Positions 26,684-37,772 of a stretch of 54,784 bases of DNA are shown piece after piece. The stretch spans positions 1 through 54,784 of the IMG/VR virus record IMGVR_UViG_3300022932_000095, one strand, 5' to 3'. A model generated the notes under the pieces. That model was not told the DNA's origin. It searched no databases and saw only the letters and a program-made list of their open reading frames with translations. Position 1 is the first letter of the stretch; the number at the start of each line of letters is the position of its first letter. The translations under genes and the position numbers were made by a program. Source of the DNA: a virus. Taxonomy: Duplodnaviria; Caudoviricetes.

Positions 26684-29600
26684 TTAACAATGATTTAGCA
26701 AACTCTTCTATTTGAGGAGCTAAATGAGGTAAAGCTAACAGGACTATCATTTTTTCTTTGCCATACTCTTCGACCATGATTACACTTAATGGCTGATCAT
26801 TTTTTAGTATTTCAACTAATTCATCAGTATTTACATTCATCTTTCTTCTATCCCGGCTATCCCTGCCGGTGAGGGGTTAGTTCTTCTTTAGTTTATAAAT
26901 AATTCCTTTATGACTGTAGTACACATCGTACATCCTGCCTTTAATGCTAGTTGTAGCAATGTATTTTGGCTTAGGGTAGATCAGCATGAAGACTATTAAT
27001 AGTTTGATCATGGCGTTGTTAATAAATTGGTAGTAAATCTTTAACAATTGGCTTCCAATGGGAAGGACACATTGCATACCAATCACTTACGAATTTATCC
27101 CCATCAAACCGAAGACAATCATCTATTTCAAGTGATGAAAAATATACTTTAACAAATCCTGATTCTTTCGGCAAGTCGTCTTCACTTTCAATCTTAGTCC
27201 AACCGTTGTTTGTTTCAATGCCAGTAAGTGAAAGGGGTCTCCATCTTTCCCAATCTATACGGGACGGATGTTTTTCACATAGATCAGGTAAAACATTTAG
27301 ATTCAACGGTTCTACATATCTTATGTAACCATCTTCATCTATCTGATCTATTCTTATGCTATACCCAATGCTTCCAATTAACTTAATCCACTCCTCTTTT
27401 ATTTTATCTTGCTTTGTCATGGCGTTGTTATTTTTGTGCTTGGGATATTAAACAGCCTCATTAAATCAGATATGTCATCCATTGATTTGCATTTTTCAAC
27501 CGATATACTGTCGTTTAAACATCTTACCTCTGTATTTTCGCTAAGAGTATTATATACAATATGATGGGTGCATGATCCAGTATTTGTTATCCCGTATAAG
27601 GCCCACCCATACCGTTTAAAGCCCATTGTTTTCAGATCTTCCCCAGTTATAGTAGTCATAATTATTTTGCGTTTAGTAGTGTTCTAATTTTACTTAACAA
27701 TTCATTACTTGATCCAGTTGAAGCAAAAATCTTATGTAGGTATTCAATCTGTAGTTTAGCTTCTCCCAACGCCTCAATAAGCGGGGATGTGTGCTCGTTT
27801 TTATACTCTTCCATGGCTTGTTTAACATCTGATTCATGGACATATGAAGGATATCCTGGTCTCATTCTTGGAAGACTGTTAACTACTTCTTTTGCTGTCT
27901 TTTTCATTGTCTTGATTTTGAATCTCCTATGTCTTCTGTTATATGATCAATAATATTTAATGAATTCCATTCATCCGGAATATCCCTCGTTAAACTGTTA
28001 CCTCCGCAAGCCCGCCAGTCTTCGCCTTGCCACCATAAGAATTTCCAGTGTGTTTTTTTTTCAAGCACATAGCACCACTTACAGAAAAACTCATTATACC
28101 ATTTTACAATTCTATATTCTGTCTTTTTCATAACTTTTTTCTAACTTTTTTCCAATGATCTGACCCTTCAGGAGTACATTCCCATATAAACGCTATCGAC
28201 AATGCTTCACGTTGATCTGACTTTATATGATTCTGAAACACGGTCTGCTTGTTTTAAGTCTTTCATAATTGATCAGAGATTACAAAACATTTTTCAGTAG
28301 CCCAGTGTTTGCGTGGAATATCCTCTGAACCAAACACCACATCATCAATAGAAGCAGTTTCAGCTAAATTATAAGCATAATCATCATTAACCTGGTTAAT
28401 TATTACGTCCATATCTTCCGGAGCGTTTTCGAGTGCTTTTTTTAATTCTTTTACAGTCATATTATTTGTTTTTTAATCGTGAACTCCTTACGCTTAACTC
28501 CCATTCGAAACAATTTCTTTCAAACTTTATATAAAGCTCACATCCGTTGTTAATTTCCTGTTGTAATTGTTTTTTGGAATAAAAACATAACATTACTGTC
28601 GCCCCCGACATTCCTGTTTCATCTTTATATTTCAATAAAATATTCTGCCTAGCTGCTCCACCTTCATACTGATCATTTGTATATCTAGTGGCGTATATTT
28701 GGCTTACTTCAAGACCAGATTCTGTTCTATCTAAAATTTCGTTGATCTTTTCGGTCATATATTTTTCAGTTACCCTCGCCATCCTACTTGTTATTTATCC
28801 CTCTTAGGGGGTGGTTAATCTTCTAATATAAACTGCATGGTGTATTGCCTTCTACCTATCTTAGTTTGTCTGCAAGTTTTGATATAACCTTGTAGGCATG
28901 ATTACAGGCCTTCAAGTATGCTGCCTCATCCTCAATAGACATTCCGGATTGCTCGTAATCTTCTTCAGTCCAGCCTGCTTCTGGATGGCTACGAATAAAT
29001 TCAGCAGCATTTTCAAAAGCAAAAATTCTAAGTTCCCTAGTTTTGTCAGTCATGATCTTGTTTTTACCCCTTTGCAGGGAGTGAGTTAATCGTTATATGA
29101 TTGATCTTCGTCTACAGCCTGCTTTGCCGTATAACCATCTTGATAATAGGATTCAATCCATTCATCCAACATTTCGTTAGATACTTCATGTTCTATTAAT
29201 TTAGCGTAGGCTTGCACTTCACCCCACCATTTTGTTTCTTCTGAAATTTGCTCTATTGTCTTCATTCTATTTATTTTAATCCTGCATTGGCAGGGAGTTA
29301 GTTAAGGGATTAGTTCAATTTCAGTCAAATTCCAATACCTGTGAACTGATAGAGTATTATTGATAATTACCGCTGTTGATTCAAATTCTATTGCCTTAAT
29401 TGAATCGTATACAGAATCTGTGTCGTCTCCGATTTCATCTTGGTGCATAGACGAGATATTATCGGCAAGCAGATCTTTAAGGTATTCTGAATCTACCAGT
29501 GTCGATTGTGATTCCTTATCTGCCAGTATTATCTTTTTGTCATTATTAAAATCATCAGGAGACAGGTCTTCAATATCCATAAGTGATTGCCATTCTCTTT

Positions 29601-29916
29601 CATCGTACCCGCATTTTATATATCCTTGTTCTAATGCTTCTTTAATTGTTAGTTTCATCTTCTTTTATTTTAGCCCTGTATGGGCGATTAGTTAATCACA
29701 GTATGATCTATGGCAATGAGGGCATCCAGTTATAAGTTGCTTGCCAGCTTTTTCAATTGTTATACCATATTCATGATCATCTTTAGTCTTTTTATCGTAT
29801 ATGTTCATTCTGCACGCCCAGCAATTACCATCATGTGGGGCGAAATGAGGATTTCCAGTTGTTTCCGAATATTCCTTTTGTGCTTTAATAGCTTTTTGTT
29901 TGTCGTACTGTTCCAT
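26684..29916 (-). other. Early-left array of small hypothetical phage genes (e.g. 27019-27420, 27417-27659, 27662-27907, 27904-28131, 28263-28460, 28462-28782, 28856-29053, 29302-29658, 29692-29916)
   Basis: Tightly packed co-oriented ATG ORFs; 29692-29916 has CWAC..CPHC Zn-finger cysteines. Confidence 0.75.
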
Positions 29917-29948
29917 TTCCTTATTTGTTATCAGCTATTCGGGGTTAG

Positions 29949-30125
29949 TTATCTTTCTTTGATTATTGAATAAACTGTGGGTATAGTTATTTTATAAGAC
30001 TTAGCGATGTCAGCTACAATTGCCCACCTTTTGCCGTATAAAGCAACTTCTTCTTTATATCTTTCTTTAATTTTAGCGTTTCTGTCAAGTCTCCGCCTTT
30101 GTGATTCTGTTATTTTCTTTTCCAT
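29949..30125 (-). CDS. Small HTH DNA-binding protein (Cro-like)
   Basis: IVADIAKSYKITIPTVYSII; first gene of the divergent operon; TATATTTG box on the minus strand at 30130-30137. Confidence 0.6.
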   Translation of the reverse strand: MEKKITESQRRRLDRNAKIKERYKEEVALYGKRWAIVADIAKSYKITIPTVYSIIKER

Positions 30126-30256
30126 ACGACAAATATAAAACAAATATCAATACGTTGTATATAAAATGTGATAAAAAAAAATATAAAATAAATTTGTATT
30201 ATAAATATATTATGTACATCTTTGAAGTGTCGGAGCAAACAAGCCGATTTAAGATT
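30126..30256. promoter_or_regulatory. Divergent early promoter region
   Basis: Very AT-rich gap between divergent operons with Bacteroidetes-type -7 boxes. Confidence 0.65.
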
Positions 30257-30377
30257 ATGAAAAATCAAAGAATCCACATAGTAATCAACATGAACGCATC
30301 ACAGGCTAAATTGACTGGGTCTGTGTCAGCATCAGTAAGACGTTTAAATGCTTCAATTATTAAATCAGGTAAATAAG

Positions 30378-30671
30378 ATGAAAACAAATGTAGGCAACAA
30401 AAAGAGTCATATTATGAATTCTTTAAGTGAAAAAGAAAAAACTGGTATTTCTGAAATCGTAAGGCTAGGGGTGTTGATTCCTGGAGCAAAAATAAGTTTG
30501 AATTTAGAAGTAAAAAATATAACTGTTTATGATCTTAAGGTAAAAAATGGAAAGTATAGCGATGATTACCTATTCCATTTTGACGCCTGGTTTAGCGGGA
30601 ATACAGATAAACTTTACCAATGCATTGACTCACTTACAAAATATATTTCAGATAATGGGCTGCTTAAATAG
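30378..30671 (+). CDS. Hypothetical protein
   Basis: ATG at 30378 in the early-right operon. Confidence 0.55.
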   Translation: MKTNVGNKKSHIMNSLSEKEKTGISEIVRLGVLIPGAKISLNLEVKNITVYDLKVKNGKYSDDYLFHFDAWFSGNTDKLYQCIDSLTKYISDNGLLK

Positions 30672-30752
30672 ATATAAATGGTTTCTTAGGATAACTATTT
30701 TTGCCGGGACAGTAGCGGTTATTTTAACAATTATATACTTTACAATAACAAA

Positions 30753-31568
30753 ATGAAAAAACACAAATTACTCGAAAAAGCAATGCAGGACTATCCCGCT
30801 GGAACTAAGTTTAAGCACATTAATGGAGATGATGTAATCACGTCAAATGGTATATTCAAAATTTATCACGGACTCAAAGTTGCACTTTATAATGAATCCG
30901 GAGATTATGTTTTTAACAGCGAAAAATGGGCAACAATCATCCCTGAAAAACCAGAATCAATCCTTACCGGGAAATGCGCAATACAAATTAACAATGATCG
31001 TGAGTTTAAGTTACTGATGGAGCATTATGAGAGTAAGGGGTGGAAGTGTATTAATCGCCTTGAACATAACGAAGTTGACTATATGAAGGAATCATGGGCA
31101 TATCACGACTTTTTTGGTCATGCGTCTGATGAGTGGAGATCGAGCAACGGGTACAAAATAATCCCCTTCTCCGATTTCGCATCTGAGGTGGGTATTAAAG
31201 TCCCTGTATTCATTATGACCTCTGAGGATGGAGTTGACCTATATGAGGGAGATAAATATTATGTAGCCTCTAAATATAAAAAATGTGGGCTAGTATTACC
31301 AGATACAATTGAAACCGATCACCCTGTTTTAATGTTCCCATCCACAAACAAGGCTTTCTCCACCAAAGAAGCAGCAGAAAATTGGATAGCTGAACATAAT
31401 AAACCTAAGGAGATAACAGTTCAGTTGTTCAATAAATATCATTCGGCTAAAATAAGTAAAGGCTGGGTTTCTATTAGAGTTGGAAAGGGTTTGCACGTTA
31501 CTACTACTGTATTTAAACCATCTGATATAGAAGAAATGTATACAGCCATTAAATCCCTACAGCCATGA
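30753..31568 (+). CDS. Hypothetical phage protein
   Basis: 271-aa coupled ORF. Confidence 0.7.
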   Translation: MKKHKLLEKAMQDYPAGTKFKHINGDDVITSNGIFKIYHGLKVALYNESGDYVFNSEKWATIIPEKPESILTGKCAIQINNDREFKLLMEHYESKGWKCINRLEHNEVDYMKESWAYHDFFGHASDEWRSSNGYKIIPFSDFASEVGIKVPVFIMTSEDGVDLYEGDKYYVASKYKKCGLVLPDTIETDHPVLMFPSTNKAFSTKEAAENWIAEHNKPKEITVQLFNKYHSAKISKGWVSIRVGKGLHVTTTVFKPSDIEEMYTAIKSLQP

Positions 31569-31846
31569 GCATGCCGATTATATACTACTGGATAGGTTTT
31601 ATGGTATTTTGGGTTATGATTGCCAGTTTACTAATGCTATTGGCCTCTTTGTCATGGTATACCTTGATTGGATTGATAGAAAAAGAATGGGTTTGCTTCT
31701 ACATCAAAGGCGAGTCAAAAAGCACAATCATTCTCAGGCTGAGTTATAGGATGCTAATTGTGCCAATAGAACAAAAGCGTTGGATTTTAATGTATAGGCT
31801 AAGAAATATAAAATATGCAAACAGAAATAGAGGAAGACAAAGTTAA
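31565..31846 (+). CDS. Hypothetical membrane protein
   Basis: Hydrophobic N-terminus. Confidence 0.55.
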   Translation: MSMPIIYYWIGFMVFWVMIASLLMLLASLSWYTLIGLIEKEWVCFYIKGESKSTIILRLSYRMLIVPIEQKRWILMYRLRNIKYANRNRGRQS

Positions 31847-31990
31847 AATAAGGAATGTTTTTGATAGCCTTAAAGACATTTCAAATGTTGCATTCAAAAC
31901 AGATAAAGGTAAAGAGATCCAGCAAGGACTATTGGATGCATGGATCATAATAAAACCTTATTTGATTACAATGGCTAAAGAATTGAAATA

Positions 31991-32527
31991 ATGGCAAAAG
32001 AAACGAATATAGATTGTAGAAAATACAGGAAGTCTACTCACTTGGCAGCTGCCGATCTAGACGCTATGTATGTAGAGGGGAAGCCTTTAATTTTTACAAT
32101 AAAAGAAGTATGGTATGACACTAAGGTAGATGTATCTGGAGAGAAAACAGACGGATATTTCTGCTCATTCAAGGAGCCAATAAAAGACATGGTTATCAAT
32201 TCAACAAACAGAAAAGTAATAGCTGGTTTTGCAAGGAAAAAAGGGTTTAATGAAATTGACTGCTGGAATATAGGTAATTGGAATGGTATAAGAATAGAGT
32301 TTTTTGTTTTGAGGGACATTAAAGCTTTCGGAAAGGTGCAAGACGGAATAAGGATAAAGCCAATGCAGCCGGAAGAAAAAAAGAAGCCTATATTTTCAGA
32401 GGCTAACTTTGAAAAGGCAAATATAGCAAATGCGAATATTGAAACCATTGAAAAAGCATATCAACTAACAGAAGAAGTAAAACAACAATACTTAAAATAT
32501 GTATCAGACAACAGCCTCACTTCATAG
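31991..32527 (+). CDS. Putative ssDNA-binding / annealing partner of the exonuclease
   Basis: INSTNRKVI..W.G..I.F..AFGKVQDGIRIKP; overlaps the YqaJ-type gene. Function inferred from position. Confidence 0.5.
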   Translation: MAKETNIDCRKYRKSTHLAAADLDAMYVEGKPLIFTIKEVWYDTKVDVSGEKTDGYFCSFKEPIKDMVINSTNRKVIAGFARKKGFNEIDCWNIGNWNGIRIEFFVLRDIKAFGKVQDGIRIKPMQPEEKKKPIFSEANFEKANIANANIETIEKAYQLTEEVKQQYLKYVSDNSLTS

Positions 32528-33152
32528 TAATCACCCGCAAAGATCACCAGAATGGCACACTGAAAGGATAGGCAAATTCACGAGCAGCAAAGCATCGGTA
32601 CTTTTGGGAGAAAAGGGGCTTGGCGAAATGGGAAAAACATACGCGTTGCAATTAGCGGTAGATATTGTGGAAGGAATTGATTACGACGCAAGAGAATCTT
32701 CTATGACGTGGGACATGAAAAATGGTATTGAAACTGAACCTTTTGCGTTCGATAAGTTTAAACACCTTAAATCCTTGGATTTCATAGACGTGGTTAATTG
32801 CGGGTTTTTTACCCTTAATAAAGATGTAGGAGGTAGTCCTGATGGTCTGGTGGGCAATGATGCTGTACTGGAAATTAAATGCCCTAAATCAGACACATTC
32901 TTTAAATTGGTTAAAACACTAGAGATAGATAAGGCTCACTATAACCAGGTTCAACATCAAATGTGGGTTTCTGGCAAAGAGAGGGCTTATTATTTCAATT
33001 ACGTCTTACACATAGGGGTGGAAAAGTGGCACGAAATAATTATACAAAGGGACGAAAAGGTGATCGATCTGTTAAAGAAAAGGACTATTGAAGCGATTGA
33101 AATAAGAAACGATTATATAGAAGTTTTAAAAAAGAATAGGCAGTATAAATAA
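32499..33152 (+). CDS. YqaJ / lambda-exonuclease-family protein
   Basis: QRSPEWHTERIGKFTSS, G..EP, GGSPDGLV, LEIKCP, QVQHQMWV. Confidence 0.92.
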   Translation: MYQTTASLHSNHPQRSPEWHTERIGKFTSSKASVLLGEKGLGEMGKTYALQLAVDIVEGIDYDARESSMTWDMKNGIETEPFAFDKFKHLKSLDFIDVVNCGFFTLNKDVGGSPDGLVGNDAVLEIKCPKSDTFFKLVKTLEIDKAHYNQVQHQMWVSGKERAYYFNYVLHIGVEKWHEIIIQRDEKVIDLLKKRTIEAIEIRNDYIEVLKKNRQYK

Positions 33153-33218
33153 AACCCCGTAATCCATACCGGAATAGAATAGTATGGAGTAAATTAATAT
33201 AATTCTATTGACTTAATT

Positions 33219-33243
33219 AGCCCCTAAATATTGGGGCTTTTTT
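33219..33243 (+). terminator. Intrinsic terminator
   Basis: AGCCCC-taaatatt-GGGGCT-TTTTT. Confidence 0.75.
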
Positions 33244-33258
33244 ATTTATTTTAAAATA

Positions 33259-33292
33259 AATACGCGTATTATAAATAATAGTTGTATATTTG
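33259..33292 (+). promoter_or_regulatory. Promoter with palindromic operator AATACGCGTATT
   Basis: 12-bp palindrome just upstream of TATATTTG (33285-33292); same palindrome at 45009-45020. Confidence 0.6.
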
Positions 33293-33427
33293 AATATCAA
33301 ACTAAAACAAAGGATATGAACTTAGGATCACACGGTAACAAATCGCAATTCGGTAAGGCTACACCTTATCTCATAACAGCTTTTATAGCTCTTATAGTTA
33401 TTATGTTTTATTGCTCAAAATTATAAC

Positions 33428-35333
33428 ATGGAAGGTACAAAAAAAAGAAACGACTGGAAAAAACAGATGACAGATCTTGAATTAGGATCTGACTTCACTG
33501 ATAGCTCTGAACACTACGGATCACTTAGGGCAATGCGCTCTAAACTTAAATCAGATGGATACATGTTCACATTTAAAATAGGTAAAGGGTTGATTACAGT
33601 TAAACGTGTAAAGTAATGAGCGAAAAAATAGCCGAATGGAAAAATACATTTATTATTGAAAATGTACACTCAATGACAGACAAATCCATATCAAGAGCCA
33701 TAGCGGTTAGTCAGGGGTATGTTCAACGAGTCAGGTTGTCTGCTGGAATAAAAAGGAATATTAATATTAATGATCCAGATAGAAAGGAGACTATTGTAAA
33801 AATGCTTGAAGATTACTGGTGTAATTATACATCATTTGAAATATTATCAATGAGATATAGCATGAACACCGGAACCATATCTAAGTATATACAACTACTT
33901 TTTAAGCTTCCTGTGAATAAAGAAACTAAAACAATCACTTTAAAATCAAAAATATGGGAAAACAGTTAATGGCAGAAAAGATGCTGGAATTAACCGCATC
34001 AGCGGGATACAGAAAGGCAATCAAAGAGATGAATGCTCTGCAAAGGAATTTTAGCTCTCAACGCTTCATTTACCTACACGCCCCAAGTCAGCAAACTCAA
34101 GACTTATTGCGTGACCAGGGGTTTAAGGTAGAAAGGACGTCAGTAAAGGATTATATCCAGTTTAAAATAAGTTGGTAATGACTCGCAAAGTAAAACAAAA
34201 AGAATTCGACATACCAGAATCAGTATGCTTATTCAACAAAAACGAAATAGAATACATCAACCAGGCTAGTAAATCCATACCTTATAGGGTTGATGTTCAG
34301 AAAGCCGAAATACTGGTTCCGCCTGATCATATAGAACAGGCAGGGGACAACTTACACGTAAGACATCTGGTCACTAAATTTGCTTTTGCAGTACAGACAA
34401 CAATAGGAGCTGAATACATGCCATATAAGGAGTTTAATCCTGTTATGAGTATAAAACCTCACAAGAAAGAAATTAATGCAACAGGAGTCTTAGAAATAGG
34501 TATAGGCTTTGAATTTAAAGACACCAGGGATTATAATAAAACAAAAAGGATATTTTCTGATAAAGGCAAAGATTGGGTGATACAGCACCTCAACGATATG
34601 AGGCCCAACTACCCTGTTAGCAAGATAAGCTTTGATATTATGATGAAAGATAAATTATACCTGCCATGCCAAGGGTAACATTGTCAGTTGAGGAGGCTCT
34701 ACGAAGGGTGAAAGAAAGGTCAAAAAAGTCAAACGCAACATCGAAGGCTAAACGTGACGCTGAAAGAGCTTTAGGGATACCAGCAAAGAAACGGCCTTTA
34801 TCGGATACTGAAAAAGAAAACAATCGGATAAGAGTTAGGCAGTGGCGTGAGAAACAGAAACTCCTTAAACCACCCAGAATAAAAATGACTCGCGAGGAAT
34901 GGTTAATGGCTAAACGATTAGCTGCAAGGAGACAATACCAAAACAGGATACTTAAACAAGGCAAAACATATAAACCTAATAAAATGGAAAAAGTATTAAA
35001 GTCGCGTCCAGCAAACAGAATCAGCGAAAAAGTAATTAAACCGGTGAAAGACGACATGTTAAAACAACCTGTGTGTTTGATAAAAGCTGATGATTCAGGA
35101 AAAGTTAAAATTCAATTGGACGCCAAAACATGGGTTATGGCTTTGCCAGGTGCAGATGTAAACGCTTTAAGGAGGAAGTATTTAGGATTATGAAAGAAGC
35201 CGGAGTCACATTATTGATATATTTATTTGGGGTTACAATTATGGTAAATAGTTTTGGTATAATTCAACTTACTTTTGCCACCATATTATGGGCTTTTTTA
35301 TCGCCTTTTATAGCTAAAAAACTTTTAAGATAA
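33428..35333 (+). other. Cluster of small hypothetical genes (33428-33616, 33616-33969, 33968-34178, 34178-34678, 34666-35193); several basic or HTH-like
   Basis: Coupled ORFs; 33616-33969 has two HTH-like segments. Confidence 0.65.
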
Positions 35334-35337
35334 AAAT

Positions 35338-35730
35338 ATGAAACCACAAGAATTAAGAATTGGGAATTTAGTCTACTTAGTATTAGAAAATAGCCCGAAT
35401 ATAAAAGAACAGCATATCGTAGAGCCGACAACTTTAATGATGCTAACAGGGGAAGTCAACAGCAAAGGTACTTATTTAGATCCAATACCCTTAACAGAAG
35501 AATGGTTGTTAAAATTTGGGTTTGAATATAATATCAAACGATATTATCATCCAACAACAATGCTATTTGAACTATTTAATGTGTCTGCTTTGCATGGCGG
35601 GTTCAAGATCATAGCCGGGAGAAAAGAAAAGAATATTATACTTCAAATATCACACCCAATTAAACACGTCCACCAATTACAAAACATTTACTTTGCACTT
35701 ACCGGAGAAGAATTAATAATTAAGGAATGA
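35338..35730 (+). CDS. Conserved hypothetical phage protein (paralogue of 48174-48572)
   Basis: ELRIGN..PIPLTEEWLLKFGF..VHQLQNIYFALTGEEL. Confidence 0.75.
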   Translation: MKPQELRIGNLVYLVLENSPNIKEQHIVEPTTLMMLTGEVNSKGTYLDPIPLTEEWLLKFGFEYNIKRYYHPTTMLFELFNVSALHGGFKIIAGRKEKNIILQISHPIKHVHQLQNIYFALTGEELIIKE

Positions 35731-36030
35731 TATTCAAAAAAGAAAATAGTCCTCATGTAACTATACTAGTGGATTTAGAGATCGGACAAAAATTTATGAT
35801 TGACGAATGGGGGCCGGCACTGAATGGAAAAATATGTACTATAGAAGACATAAGGTTGTGCTCAGGGAGTTATTTTAAAAAAATATGAATAAATAATGGT
35901 ATATTTATAAACCATCCGGTTTGCGCCATAGAGTTGGTAATAAAAAAGAAATTTAAATGCCTTGTTGGCTGAGTAGGAAAGCGCAAATTCTGAAAGGTCG
36001 ACAAGGCATTGTTGTTTTAATTCGGTTTAT

Positions 36031-36348
36031 ATGGAATTATTGCTACCTCATCAGTGCCATGTCTGCGGAGTGGAAGATGAAGCAAAATTAGTGTACGCAG
36101 GGCCACACGTTAAACAAGTCTGCAATGCTTGCGATACCTATGTTAAGTTTATCAGCAAATCTTTTATACCAGATATCAGGGAGGTAAAGCTTCGAATATG
36201 GTCAATTACACAGGACACATCTTATATTGAGGCAGCTAAAGAATCATGTTCATTCGTTGAAAATCTAAACGGTTTAGATGGAAAAATGATGTACTGGAGA
36301 TTATATATTAAAATAAGAGAAATGGAGGATAAGGATGATAAATCTTAG
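36031..36348 (+). CDS. Zn-finger protein
   Basis: CHVC..GPH..CNAC. Confidence 0.65.
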   Translation: MELLLPHQCHVCGVEDEAKLVYAGPHVKQVCNACDTYVKFISKSFIPDIREVKLRIWSITQDTSYIEAAKESCSFVENLNGLDGKMMYWRLYIKIREMEDKDDKS

Positions 36349-37771
36349 ACCTTATCAATCAGAGTCTATACTTCAACTGAGGTCTGGTTTTGCCAGTGGA
36401 CATAAAAGGCAAGTACTTTGTCTTCCAACCGGAGCAGGTAAAACGGTTGTATTTTCTGATATGGTTCGCATGGCATCAGAAAAAGGGACTGTGACTATAG
36501 TCCTGACAGATAGAACTGAACTATTTAAGCAGACTATAAAATCACTTGGAAAAGTAGGTGTATCTGTTGAAGAAATTAGCCCTGAAAAAAAGAATATATA
36601 CGATGAGGCCACAATTTACCTTGCAATGGTGGAAACCCTTAAAAGAAGAAAAAACATAAAAATAAACCCAGGTCTTATTATTATAGACGAAGCGCATAAA
36701 GGCAACTTTACTTCCATTTTAGAAAAATATCCTGATGCAAGGGTAATTGGTGCTACAGCTACACCAGAAGGAAAGCATTTTTTTAGGTATTATAGTAGCA
36801 TAGTACAGAATATAGATATCCCCGACTTGGTAGATCAAGGATTTTTATGTGATTGCAAGCCATTCCAGATGCAGGATGATTTTTCTGATTTAGAAATTAA
36901 AGCAGGAGAATACACTGATAATTCATTAATGGGACATTTTGACAAACCGCAGCTTTATGACGGAGTAATTTCTGAATGGTTAAGGTTGTCTCCGGGCACA
37001 AAAACAATATGTTTTAATGTAAACATAAAGCACACAATAAAAACACATGAAGCCTTTTTGCAAGCTGGAATAAGTAGTGAGTATGTCACAAGTAAAACCC
37101 CTAAAAATGACAGAAATAGGATTTTAAAAGCGTTCGCTGATGGTCATTTCAAAGTGTTGAACAATTGCGGGATACTCACTACTGGATATGATGAACCAAG
37201 TATTGAAACCGTGATAATGAACAGGGCTACTAAATCATTGCCTTTATTTCTACAGTGTGCAGGACGAGGGAGCAGGCTGTATGGAGGTAAAAAAACATTT
37301 ACTTTACTTGATTTCGGAATGAACCATAACAGGCATGGTATGTGGAATGAACCCCGCGAATGGGAATTGAAGCCACCAAAAAAGAAGGTAGAAGGAGTCG
37401 CTCCTGTAAAGTCTTGCCCTAATAAAGATTGCGGATGCATGGTCGCAGCTTCTGCTGTAAAATGTAAGTTTTGCGGTTATATATTCCCTCTTAAAGAATA
37501 TGAACTACAAAGTGGGGTAATGGTTGAGGTGACAAAGAAAATTCCTAATCATCTTAAAGGTAAGCGTATTTCAGAGTTGTCTATAAATGATCTTATCGAG
37601 CTAGAAAATAGCAAAATTTATAAGGCATCATTTATCTGGAGAGTTATAAGATCTTTTGGGGAAGATGCTGTATTAATTTACCAGGGCTTAAAAGGGCATT
37701 CTAAGGGGTGGGCTCACAGACAAATACAGGACTTGGAAAATTCTAATTACACCGATTACAGGATAAAATAA
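36335..37771 (+). CDS. SF2 DEAH-box helicase with C-terminal Zn finger
   Basis: LRPYQ, PTGAGKT, IIDEAH, ATATP, LTTGYD, QCAGRGSR, CPNKDC..CKFC. Confidence 0.93.
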   Translation: MINLRPYQSESILQLRSGFASGHKRQVLCLPTGAGKTVVFSDMVRMASEKGTVTIVLTDRTELFKQTIKSLGKVGVSVEEISPEKKNIYDEATIYLAMVETLKRRKNIKINPGLIIIDEAHKGNFTSILEKYPDARVIGATATPEGKHFFRYYSSIVQNIDIPDLVDQGFLCDCKPFQMQDDFSDLEIKAGEYTDNSLMGHFDKPQLYDGVISEWLRLSPGTKTICFNVNIKHTIKTHEAFLQAGISSEYVTSKTPKNDRNRILKAFADGHFKVLNNCGILTTGYDEPSIETVIMNRATKSLPLFLQCAGRGSRLYGGKKTFTLLDFGMNHNRHGMWNEPREWELKPPKKKVEGVAPVKSCPNKDCGCMVAASAVKCKFCGYIFPLKEYELQSGVMVEVTKKIPNHLKGKRISELSINDLIELENSKIYKASFIWRVIRSFGEDAVLIYQGLKGHSKGWAHRQIQDLENSNYTDYRIK

Positions 37772-37772
37772 C

